A DNA stretch of 64,000 nt from an uncultured Acidimicrobiales bacterium. Lineage in GTDB: Bacteria; Actinomycetota; Acidimicrobiia; Acidimicrobiales; RAAP-2. This document shows positions 38,169 to 47,104 of this stretch, piece after piece. The stretch covers positions 84,093 through 148,092 of the forward strand of contig CAVQMN010000009.1 of NCBI GenBank assembly GCA_963713625.1. Direction: 5' to 3'. The number at the start of each line of letters is the position of its first letter. Position 1 is the stretch's first letter. Position numbers and translations under genes: made by a program. The notes beneath the pieces are model-generated. The model made no database searches. It was not told where the DNA came from and was given only the letters and a program-made list of their open reading frames with translations.

Positions 38169-38785
38169 GCGTGCTCGGCCTCGGCCTTGGCCATGATCTG
38201 GTCGAGTTCGGCCGCGGTCACCTGGGCCACGATGGACGCCACCACCCGACCGTCCGGGGCGATGACGAAGGTGGAAGGAAGCTGCCTGACCCCGTAGTCG
38301 AGGGCGATGGTGCCCCCGCTGTCGCTCATGGTCGGCCAGGTCACACCGAGCCGCTCCTGGGAGGCTTTGGCGTCAGCGGCACTGTCGCTGAACACGACGC
38401 TGAGCATGGTGGCGTCACCGCGCTGTTGATGTTGGAACTGGAACTTGACCAGCTCCGGTCCCTCGTTCTGGCATTGTTCGCACCAGCTGGCGAAGAAACT
38501 GACGACCACGAACTTGCCGGGGGCCCGGGGCAACGAATAGCGGGTGCCGTCCAGCGTCTCTCCGCTGATGGGAGGGGCCATCCGGCCCACCACCGGGTTC
38601 TGCACCTCGTCGACGGTGGCCGGTGGCCGGGTGGCCAGCACGGCGATCAACCCGGCGGCGATGACCAGGACGCCGACGGCCACCCACCGGGCGGTATGCC
38701 GGGATGTCACCGACTCGCGCTCCAGCTGGTCCTCGGCCACCCGCTCCTGTGCCCGCGGCTCCCGGTGCTCCACGGGGACGGTCAC
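38165..38785 (-). CDS. ccmG: Thiol:disulfide oxidoreductase CcmG/DsbE (TlpA-like redoxin)
   Basis: 206 aa: N-terminal TM, VVVSFFASWCEQCQNEGPEL (CxxC). Overlaps the ccmF stop and the ccmH start by 4 nt each. Confidence 0.85.
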   Translation of the reverse strand: MTVPVEHREPRAQERVAEDQLERESVTSRHTARWVAVGVLVIAAGLIAVLATRPPATVDEVQNPVVGRMAPPISGETLDGTRYSLPRAPGKFVVVSFFASWCEQCQNEGPELVKFQFQHQQRGDATMLSVVFSDSAADAKASQERLGVTWPTMSDSGGTIALDYGVRQLPSTFVIAPDGRVVASIVAQVTAAELDQIMAKAEAEHA

Positions 38786-40875
38786 CCCGGATCACCGGCC
38801 CCGACCGGGAGTGGATCGGCAGGCTCCTCGGCTCGGACCTGTCGAGCCTCGATCGGACCGGCATCGTCATCCGATGGGCCGGAGATGGCTGCAGCCGGCG
38901 TCGATACCGGGTCGGTGGGACGGCGCCGGCGTCCGGGGATGGCCGAGAGGACCGAACCGATTCCGACCAGCACGGCTCCGATCCAGAGCCACATGACCAG
39001 GGGCTGCTCCACCACGCCGAAGGCCCAGGTGCCCCCGCTGGTCGGAATGCTGTCGATGGTCAGGTAGAGATCGTCCCTCCAACTGGAATCGATGGCCGGG
39101 GTGCCGACCGCCTGGGTCCCGCTTCCGAACTGGCTGATGGCCGGGTAGAACAGGCCGCCACGGTCGACGTGCAGCACCGCCTCGAACGCCGAGTGGGACG
39201 CCGTGGTGACCTGGCGGGTGCCGGCGAAGGTGATGGTGTGCCCGGCGAAGGAGGCGGTCTGGCCCTTGGAGAGATGCAGCTCGCCGCGGTGGAGGAACGA
39301 CGTGGCCGCGGCCAGCCCGATGGCGATGACCACCACGCCGATGTGGACGACCATGCCCCCGTTGGCCCGTCCCACGAAGCCGCGCCATCCGGCCAGGGCC
39401 GAGCGGACCGGTGAGGCGCCCGCGGTACGGGCACCGCGGAAAGCGCCCCGCACCGAGAGCACGAGGGCCCGGCCGGCCGAGGCGCCGGCAAAGGCGCCGA
39501 GCCCGAAGGCCAGCAGCGGCTCGATGCCGTGGATGCCGGCCAGGACGCAGACCACCACGGTGAGGACACCGAGCGCGGCGGGCACCGCCAGTCGTCCTCG
39601 CATCACCTCGACGGTGGTCTTGCGCCACGGGAGGGCGGGGGCGACCGCCATGAGGAAGAGCAGGGCGAGCCCCACCGGGATGAAGAACCGGTTGAAGTAC
39701 GGCGCTCCCACGGTGACCGACGAGTTCGGATTGAGGGCTTCGTAGAGCAGCGGGAAGACGGTGCCCAGCAGGACGACGAAGGCGAAGCCCACGAACAGCA
39801 GGTTGTTGGCCAGGAAGGCGCCCTCGCGGCTGACGGGTGAGTCGATGCCCCCCGCCGAGTGGAGGCGGTCACCCCGCCAGGCGATCAGGCCCACCCCGGT
39901 GACGACGACCACGCCGAAAAAGCTCAGCAGCAGTGGCCCGATGGTCGAGTCGGAGAACGAGTGCACCGACTGCACGACACCGGACCGGGTCAGGAAGGTC
40001 CCGAGGATGGTCAGGCTGAAGGCGGCGACCACCAGTGAGAGGTTCCAGATCCTGAGTAGTCCACGACGCTGCTGGACCATCACCGAGTGGAGGTAGGCGG
40101 TCCCGACCAGCCAGGGCAGGAGGGCGGCGTTCTCGACCGGGTCCCAGCCCCAGAACCCTCCCCAGCCCAGAACCTCGTAGGACCACCAGGCCCCCAACAG
40201 GATTCCCATGGTCAAGAAGGCCCAGGCGAACAGGGTCCACCGGCGGGTCTCCCCCTGCCAGTCGTCGTCGAGCTTGCCGGTGATCAGCGAGGCGATGGCA
40301 AAGGCGAAGGGAAGCGTGAACCCCACCAGCCCCAGATAGAGCATGGGTGGGTGGATGAGGACCAGTGGGTTGTTCTGCAGCAGTGAGTTGGGCCCGGGCC
40401 CGTTGGCCGGGATGGCCCCGGCGACGTGCTGGAACGGATCGGAGGGCCCGAGCATGAGGCCGAAGAAGAAGGCGGCGACCACGTAGACCACCAGGGTGGC
40501 CCAGCCGATGAGGTCGTCCCCCGAACGCCGGCGGAACCGCCAGACCATGGCGGTGGCGTAGCCGCCGAGTACCAGTCCCCACAACAGAATGGAGCCGGCC
40601 AGAGCCGACCACAGGCCGGTGATCGAATAGAGCACCGGGGTGTCCCGACTGTTGTTCTGGGCCACATAGGCCAGGGAGAAGTCGTGGGTGAGCAGGGCGT
40701 GCTCCATGGCGACGATGGCGATCACCCCTCCGAGCAGGATCATCGGGGCGTAGATCTGGCCGTTGCGGACGATGGAGGCCCGGCCCTTGGCCAGTCCGGT
40801 GGCGATGACGATGATGCCGACCACGGCGGCCACGAACCCGAGAAGGACTCCGGTGTGGCCGAGTGCTCCGTTCAC
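38782..40875 (-). CDS. ccmF: Cytochrome c heme lyase subunit CcmF
   Basis: 697 aa polytopic protein with WWD-type motif WGGFWGWDPVENAALLPWL. Confidence 0.95.
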   Translation of the reverse strand: MNGALGHTGVLLGFVAAVVGIIVIATGLAKGRASIVRNGQIYAPMILLGGVIAIVAMEHALLTHDFSLAYVAQNNSRDTPVLYSITGLWSALAGSILLWGLVLGGYATAMVWRFRRRSGDDLIGWATLVVYVVAAFFFGLMLGPSDPFQHVAGAIPANGPGPNSLLQNNPLVLIHPPMLYLGLVGFTLPFAFAIASLITGKLDDDWQGETRRWTLFAWAFLTMGILLGAWWSYEVLGWGGFWGWDPVENAALLPWLVGTAYLHSVMVQQRRGLLRIWNLSLVVAAFSLTILGTFLTRSGVVQSVHSFSDSTIGPLLLSFFGVVVVTGVGLIAWRGDRLHSAGGIDSPVSREGAFLANNLLFVGFAFVVLLGTVFPLLYEALNPNSSVTVGAPYFNRFFIPVGLALLFLMAVAPALPWRKTTVEVMRGRLAVPAALGVLTVVVCVLAGIHGIEPLLAFGLGAFAGASAGRALVLSVRGAFRGARTAGASPVRSALAGWRGFVGRANGGMVVHIGVVVIAIGLAAATSFLHRGELHLSKGQTASFAGHTITFAGTRQVTTASHSAFEAVLHVDRGGLFYPAISQFGSGTQAVGTPAIDSSWRDDLYLTIDSIPTSGGTWAFGVVEQPLVMWLWIGAVLVGIGSVLSAIPGRRRRPTDPVSTPAAAISGPSDDDAGPIEARQVRAEEPADPLPVGAGDPG

Positions 40876-40918
40876 CGGGGGGAACCGGTGGGGCGCCGTC
40901 GGCCGGCTGGTCGGCCGG

Positions 40919-41440
40919 TCATCGCTTGGTCCCGTTCGGAGCCGTGACCCGACCGGGGTGGGCGGCGATGTAGTTCGACGAGTGCTTGACCAGGATCTGG
41001 TCGGAGACGAAGACGGTCCCGCTGAAGTGGCCCACGGCGATGACCGGAATGTTCTTCTGGAAGAGCTGTGGGGGGCTGCCGGTGTTCTCGACCTGGAGCT
41101 TGGTTGCTCCCGCGGTGACCACGAAGTCGACCCCGTTCCGGGTGGGATGGATCGAACCGGGCTCGACCAGCCCTTCGAGGTTGAACGTCTGGGTGCCGAG
41201 GGAGGCCTTCTGGGCCATGGCCTGGTTGGCCGGCAGGTAGAAGTTGAGCGCGGAGCTCAGGCCTTTGGCCAACAGGAAGACCAGCGACCCGACCAGGACC
41301 ACACCGACGACGGCATACCGGAACCGGTGGCTGGTCCGCACCGGTGGCGGGGCCACCCGGGGTGGGGTGGGTCCACCGTCGTCGCCGCCCGGTCCGGTGG
41401 CACCCGCCGACGCGGACCCCACGGGTGGCGCGGTGGTCAT
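40919..41440 (-). CDS. ccmE: Cytochrome c maturation heme chaperone CcmE
   Basis: 173 aa: N-terminal TM, OB-fold body, heme-binding HxxxY context ILVKHSSNY. Confidence 0.9.
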   Translation of the reverse strand: MTTAPPVGSASAGATGPGGDDGGPTPPRVAPPPVRTSHRFRYAVVGVVLVGSLVFLLAKGLSSALNFYLPANQAMAQKASLGTQTFNLEGLVEPGSIHPTRNGVDFVVTAGATKLQVENTGSPPQLFQKNIPVIAVGHFSGTVFVSDQILVKHSSNYIAAHPGRVTAPNGTKR

Positions 41441-41589
41441 CGGTCAGGTCCCGGGTGTTCGATCTCGGCGTTGGCCGTGGCCACCCTCGCCGCGGCACGG
41501 GTGAGCCGGCGGCGGCGCCACACCAGCTGGACCCCGTAGAGGAACAGGATGGAGAGGACGATGGAGTAGCCGGCGATGACGTAGTTCAT
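41437..41589 (-). CDS. ccmD: Heme exporter protein CcmD (small membrane protein, absent from the ORF track)
   Basis: Manual translation: MNYVIAGYSIVLSILFLYGVQLVWRRRRLTRAAARVATANAEIEHPGPDR (50 aa). One TM is followed by an Arg cluster. ATGA overlaps both the ccmC stop (41586-41589) and the ccmE start (41437-41440). Confidence 0.75.
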   Translation of the reverse strand: MNYVIAGYSIVLSILFLYGVQLVWRRRRLTRAAARVATANAEIEHPGPDR

Positions 41590-42557
41590 CGAACCACCCG
41601 GTGGACGGCGGGAACGTCCGGTCCACCCACGCCGACCTGGGTGCCACCGGCCTCGTCGGCGGCGGCCCCGGCCACGACGGCAGCGGGTGCCCGCGACGGA
41701 TCCGGGAGGTCGGCGGGAACCGGGGCGTCTCCGGAGCCCTGGGGGCGACGCGGGCGGTGGGGATCCTCGCCGGTGGCCATCCCTTCGCCCTGTCGCTCAC
41801 GGAGCGCCACCTCGAGCTCGCTGCCGCCCAACCAGTCCTCGAGGACGCCGATCCGGTAGCGCACGAGGAGCATCCACACGAAGACCAGGGTCAGGGCGAT
41901 GAAGCTGACCAGCAACGTCCACGCCATCGACCCGTGGATGGTGGGCGAGAGGTCGGGATTGATCACGGTCGCACCCTGATGGAGCGTCTTCCACCACAGC
42001 ACGGAGAAGTGGTCGATGGGGATGTCGACGGCGGCGAAGAGGCAGACGAAAGCGCTGCGCTTGGCCCGCTTGTCGGGTTCGGCCGGCACCCGGCGGAGGG
42101 CCATGTACCCGAGGAACAGCACCAAAAGGATGGCGGTGAGGGTCAGCCTGGCGTCCCAGGCCCAGTAGACGCCCCAGGTCGGCTTGCCCCAGATCGAACC
42201 CGAGATGAGCGTGCACACGTTGAACACCACGCCGACCTCGACCGCCGCCGCGGCCAGTCGGTCCCAGAACATCGACCGGGTGCGCGGCCAGAGGTAGAGC
42301 AGGCTGGCCACGGCGGCGAGACCGAAGGCCAGGTACAGGGCCACCCAGGCCACCCCGGGATGGATGTAGACGAGGCGGACCAGATTGCCCGGGACCGTGT
42401 TGCCCTGGGTGACGTCGGGCGGGGTCACCCACAGACCGAGCCACACGGTGGCCGCCACCCCCACCGCGGCGGCGATGCCGATGATCCGGACCGTCAGCCG
42501 GGCGCGGTCGGACTGCACCGGGGGAACGAACCCGTCTTGTCGCGGTTGTGGACTCAC
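41586..42557 (-). CDS. ccmC: Heme exporter protein CcmC (with about 80-aa low-complexity C-terminal tail)
   Basis: GTG at 42557 overlaps the ccmB stop (GTGA). WWD motif WGKPTWGVYWAWDARLT. The upstream part of the 418-aa ORF was rejected. Confidence 0.9.
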   Translation of the reverse strand: MSPQPRQDGFVPPVQSDRARLTVRIIGIAAAVGVAATVWLGLWVTPPDVTQGNTVPGNLVRLVYIHPGVAWVALYLAFGLAAVASLLYLWPRTRSMFWDRLAAAAVEVGVVFNVCTLISGSIWGKPTWGVYWAWDARLTLTAILLVLFLGYMALRRVPAEPDKRAKRSAFVCLFAAVDIPIDHFSVLWWKTLHQGATVINPDLSPTIHGSMAWTLLVSFIALTLVFVWMLLVRYRIGVLEDWLGGSELEVALRERQGEGMATGEDPHRPRRPQGSGDAPVPADLPDPSRAPAAVVAGAAADEAGGTQVGVGGPDVPAVHRVVR

Positions 42558-43225
42558 GCTGACTCCTGGATGGGGCCGTAGACGACAACGCCGAGGGCCA
42601 GATAGACGGCGTCGAACACCACCAGCAGCCGCAGCCACTGGCTCCCGTCGGCGGGCACGCCGCCGGCCAGTGCCGCCTGCCAGATGCGGGTGCCGGCCAG
42701 CAGGACGGGGGCGGCGATGGGCAGCAGCAGGAAGGGCAGCAGCGTCTCTTTGACCCGGAGGCCGGCGGAGAGCGCCCCGTAGAGGGTGCCGGTGGCCGCC
42801 AGCCCGATGGTTCCGAGCACGCAGGAGGCGATGATGAGCCACGGCTGTTCGATCCTGGCCCCGTAGAGCAGGGTGACCCCCAACCCGAGGACCACCTCGA
42901 GCACCACCAGCTGGGCGGCCACGGCTGCGGCCTTGCCCAGGAAGAGCCCGGCCGGATCCAGCCCGGAGAGGCGCAGGGCGTCCCGGGCCCCGTCGACCGA
43001 TTCGACCGAGACGCTCCGCTGGATGGCCAGCACGGTGCAGAACAGCACCGCCACCCAGAACAGGCCGGGGGCCCCCTTGGCCATCAGGGTGCGATCGGGG
43101 CCGAGGGCGAAGGCGAACAGCCCGAGGGCCACGATCCCGAACGGTGCCACCTGGGAGAGGGCGACCCGGGACCGCGCCTCGATGCGCAGGTCCTTCCCGG
43201 CCACCAGGACGGTGTCACGCCACAT
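42554..43225 (-). CDS. ccmB: Heme exporter permease CcmB
   Basis: MWRDTVLVAGKDLRIEARSR...six hydrophobic helices. ATG at 43225 was chosen (11-nt overlap with ccmA); the ORF opens at 43315. Confidence 0.85.
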   Translation of the reverse strand: MWRDTVLVAGKDLRIEARSRVALSQVAPFGIVALGLFAFALGPDRTLMAKGAPGLFWVAVLFCTVLAIQRSVSVESVDGARDALRLSGLDPAGLFLGKAAAVAAQLVVLEVVLGLGVTLLYGARIEQPWLIIASCVLGTIGLAATGTLYGALSAGLRVKETLLPFLLLPIAAPVLLAGTRIWQAALAGGVPADGSQWLRLLVVFDAVYLALGVVVYGPIQESA

Positions 43226-44063
43226 GGGCCACCTGCCCCCCCGGGGGTCGGGCGCCGGGCAGGACGACAGCGGGAGCAGGGTCAGGAGCGGGCGGGACAG
43301 GACCGGTGCGCTCACCCTCCCCCTCGGTGCTGCTCTCCCCCGACGGCCCGGCGACGCCGTCCCCGACCGTCCCAGCGGAGGTGTCGCCGGCCGGCCCGAT
43401 GACGCGTTCGCCGGTCACCCGACCCCCGGTGACCACCACCGCCCGGGTGGCCAGGGATTCGACGAAGTCGGCCTCGTGGGAGGCGATCACCACGGTGATG
43501 CCGGAACGCGTCGCTTCCGAGACCAACTGGTTGAGTGTCTCCCGGGCCGATGCGTCGAGCCCGGCGTGGGGCTCGTCGAGCAGCCACAGCTCGGGCCAGC
43601 GGGCGGCCAGGACGGCCAGGGCCACCCGCCGACGCTGACCGGCCGAGAGCTTCGAGGCACTCGTCTTGAGCAGGCGGCCGACGAGTCCGAGCCGGGCGCA
43701 GGCCTCGTCGATCCGTCCGGTGTCCCCTCCCGAGGCCCGGACGGCGAAGCGGACGTTCTCCCCCACGGTCAGATCGTCGTAGAGGTGGGAGGCATGGGAG
43801 AGCAGGCCCACCCGCCTCCGCACCTGGTTGCGCTGGCGGACCGGGTCGAAGCCGAGCACCCTGACCTGCCCCGACGTGAGGGCCACGAGTCCGGCGCACA
43901 CCCGCAGCAGGCTGGTCTTCCCGGCTCCGTTCGGACCTTCGACCAGCACCGTCTCGCCCCGGGCGATGTCGAGGTCCACCCCGGCGAGCAGGGGGAATCG
44001 TCCGGACAATGCGACGGCACCGTGGAGGGAGATCGCTGGAGAGGGAGGGGCTGGAGAGGCCAT
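43215..44063 (-). CDS. ccmA: Heme ABC exporter ATP-binding protein CcmA
   Basis: VEGPNGAGKTSLLR (Walker A), LSAGQRRRVAL (signature), LWLLDEPHAGLD (Walker B), plus a Pro/Gly-rich C-terminal tail. Confidence 0.9.
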   Translation of the reverse strand: MASPAPPSPAISLHGAVALSGRFPLLAGVDLDIARGETVLVEGPNGAGKTSLLRVCAGLVALTSGQVRVLGFDPVRQRNQVRRRVGLLSHASHLYDDLTVGENVRFAVRASGGDTGRIDEACARLGLVGRLLKTSASKLSAGQRRRVALAVLAARWPELWLLDEPHAGLDASARETLNQLVSEATRSGITVVIASHEADFVESLATRAVVVTGGRVTGERVIGPAGDTSAGTVGDGVAGPSGESSTEGEGERTGPVPPAPDPAPAVVLPGARPPGGQVAHVA

Positions 44064-44170
44064 AACCGGGCCTCATGCTACGGGGGCCTGGGTTCAGGGG
44101 CCAGGCGGGGGCAGGGTCGACGGCCGGCTCGCGCCACCAGAAGGGCGGTCGGGCGGGTCAGCGCGGCCGG

Positions 44171-45166
44171 TCAGCTCGAAGACAACCGATCGAGATGCAG
44201 GTCACGGAACCAATTGGACAGGTGATCGGCGATGAGGCCCACGTTGCCGGTCAAGAGGAGCAGGCCGAAGACGATCAGGATCGCCCCGCCGACCAGGTCG
44301 ACGACACGGAGCCGGCTCCGCACCCGGGCCAGCGCGTCGGTCATCCGTCCGAAGGCCAGCCCACTCAACAGGAAGGGGACCCCGAGCCCGATGGAGTAGG
44401 CCAGCAGCAGGGCGATGCCGCCGGTGGGCGATCCCCCGTTGCCCGCAGCCAGCGTGAGCACGCTGCCGAGGACCGGTCCGATACACGGCGTCCAGGCGAA
44501 GGCGAAGGCCATCCCCATCACGGGAGGGGCCCAGGCCCCCAGCACCGAAGGGCGGACGGTGAACCGCCGCTCGCCGGTCAGCGCGGCAGGGAGGCCGACG
44601 CCGGCGGCCATGGCCATCAGCATGGCCCCGAACACGACGATGGCGATCCCCGACACTGTCTCGAGGGTTCGCTGATGGGTGAGGAACAACCTCCCGACGG
44701 CCGAGGCCGAGGCTCCGAGGATGGTGAATATCACCGTGAATCCGGCGATGAAGGCCAGGATCCCGCGCAGGAGATGGCTGCGCTGGCGACGCAGGTCGGC
44801 CGGGCTGGGCCGGCCCCCGCCGACCGGGGCATCCGCGGCGGCACTGCCGGGGTCGGCACTGCCGGGGATGACACTGCCGGGGATGGCACTGCCGGGGATG
44901 ACACTGCCGGGGTCGGCACTGCCGGCGACGGGGCCGTCCGGAAGGCCGGGCCGACCGTTCGGACCGGCGGCGACGGCCACCGGAGAGGGCGCCGGTCGGG
45001 ATACCGGTCGCAGGGCGTCGAGCTCCGCGGCGGACAGGCCGGACACCATCGACAGGTATGCGGGCACCAGCGGCAGCACGCAGGGGGAGAGGAACGACAA
45101 CATGCCCGCGCCGAAGGCCACCAGGAGGCCCAGGGGGTCGGCGTGGATCGCCGCCAGGACGGCCAT
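44171..45166 (-). CDS. ccdA: Cytochrome c biogenesis thiol-reductant transporter CcdA (DsbD-core family) with repeat insertion
   Basis: 331 aa with the two conserved Cys contexts FLSPCVLPLVPAYL and WTPCIGPVLG. An insertion of about 90 aa includes the (PGS[AV][DI]) pentapeptide repeats. Confidence 0.9.
   Translation of the reverse strand: MAVLAAIHADPLGLLVAFGAGMLSFLSPCVLPLVPAYLSMVSGLSAAELDALRPVSRPAPSPVAVAAGPNGRPGLPDGPVAGSADPGSVIPGSAIPGSVIPGSADPGSAAADAPVGGGRPSPADLRRQRSHLLRGILAFIAGFTVIFTILGASASAVGRLFLTHQRTLETVSGIAIVVFGAMLMAMAAGVGLPAALTGERRFTVRPSVLGAWAPPVMGMAFAFAWTPCIGPVLGSVLTLAAGNGGSPTGGIALLLAYSIGLGVPFLLSGLAFGRMTDALARVRSRLRVVDLVGGAILIVFGLLLLTGNVGLIADHLSNWFRDLHLDRLSSS
44841..44928 (-). repeat. 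15-bp in-frame tandem repeat inside ccdA encoding PGS[AV][DI] pentapeptides (6 units)
   Basis: CACTGCCGG recurs at 44842, 44857, 44872, 44887, 44902 and 44917. Translation is GSADPGSVIPGSAIPGSVIPGSADPGSAA. Confidence 0.9.
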
Positions 45167-45172
45167 GGGCGC

Positions 45173-46144
<972 letters not shown>

Positions 46145-46162
46145 TCAGGAGCTCCTCGGGTC

Positions 46163-47077
46163 TCAGTGCATTTCGGTGTCGTCGGTGCCCGTCTGCCAGG
46201 ACGGCGATCGCTTTTCGGTGAAGGCGGCGATCCCCTCGGCAGCTTCGGCTGTCTGGCTGGTGACCGTCAGCATGGCATGGAGGTAGGGAAGTGCCTCTGT
46301 CGCCGCTGAGTCCAGCACAGCGTAGAACGATTCGCGACCCATTCTCATCACACCGGGCGGTTTCGAGGCCAGCACGGCGGCCATCTCCGCCACCTCGGCG
46401 TCGAGCCGGTCGGTGGCCACCACCTTGGTGACGAAGCCGATGCGCTCGGCCTCTTCGGCTCCGACCACCCGGCTGGTGAGCATCAGCTCGAGGGCCTTCT
46501 TCGGGGGCATCGACCGCAACATGGGGACGGTGACCATGTAGGGCCAGAGCCCCACGTTGAGCTCGGGGGCCCCGAACCGGGCCTGGTCCGAGGCGATGAC
46601 CATGTCGCAGGCCAGGGCCAGTCCGAACCCACCGGCCATGGCCCAGCCCTGCACCCGGGCGATGGTGGGCTTGCCCAGGTGCCACAGCTGCTCGAACAGC
46701 TCGGCCAGCCAACCCCGGGCCATGTGGTGGTCGGCGTACTCGTCGGTGACTCCTCCCGGACTGTGGGGAACCATGCCCGACAGATCTGCTCCGGCACAGA
46801 ACGCCTTGTCGCCGGCGCCGGTCAGCACCACCACCCGCACGGCCGGGTCGTCCTTGGCCCGAGCCACCTCTTGACGCAGCCGTGCGATGACCTCCCAGGT
46901 CATGGCGTTACGGCGCTCCGGGCGGTTGATGGTCAGGGTCAGGACCGGGCCCTGCCGGCCGGAGAGGACATCGGAGCCCGACCGGTCGGCGGGAGCGGTC
47001 GGTTCTGGTTCGGCTTCAGCTGCTGCAGGCACCGGACGACGGTAGCCCGCCCGCCGGAGCACGGGCCACAACGACAT
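46163..47077 (-). CDS. Enoyl-CoA hydratase/isomerase family protein
   Basis: LTLTINRPERRNAM...VVLTGAGDKAFCAGADLS...ARVQGWAMAGGFGLALACD. ATG at 47077 was chosen; the rest of the 698-aa ORF is antisense to the glycosyltransferase. Confidence 0.85.
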   Translation of the reverse strand: MSLWPVLRRAGYRRPVPAAAEAEPEPTAPADRSGSDVLSGRQGPVLTLTINRPERRNAMTWEVIARLRQEVARAKDDPAVRVVVLTGAGDKAFCAGADLSGMVPHSPGGVTDEYADHHMARGWLAELFEQLWHLGKPTIARVQGWAMAGGFGLALACDMVIASDQARFGAPELNVGLWPYMVTVPMLRSMPPKKALELMLTSRVVGAEEAERIGFVTKVVATDRLDAEVAEMAAVLASKPPGVMRMGRESFYAVLDSAATEALPYLHAMLTVTSQTAEAAEGIAAFTEKRSPSWQTGTDDTEMH

Positions 47078-47104
47078 CCGACCGGGGCCAACTACGGTGA
47101 CGCC

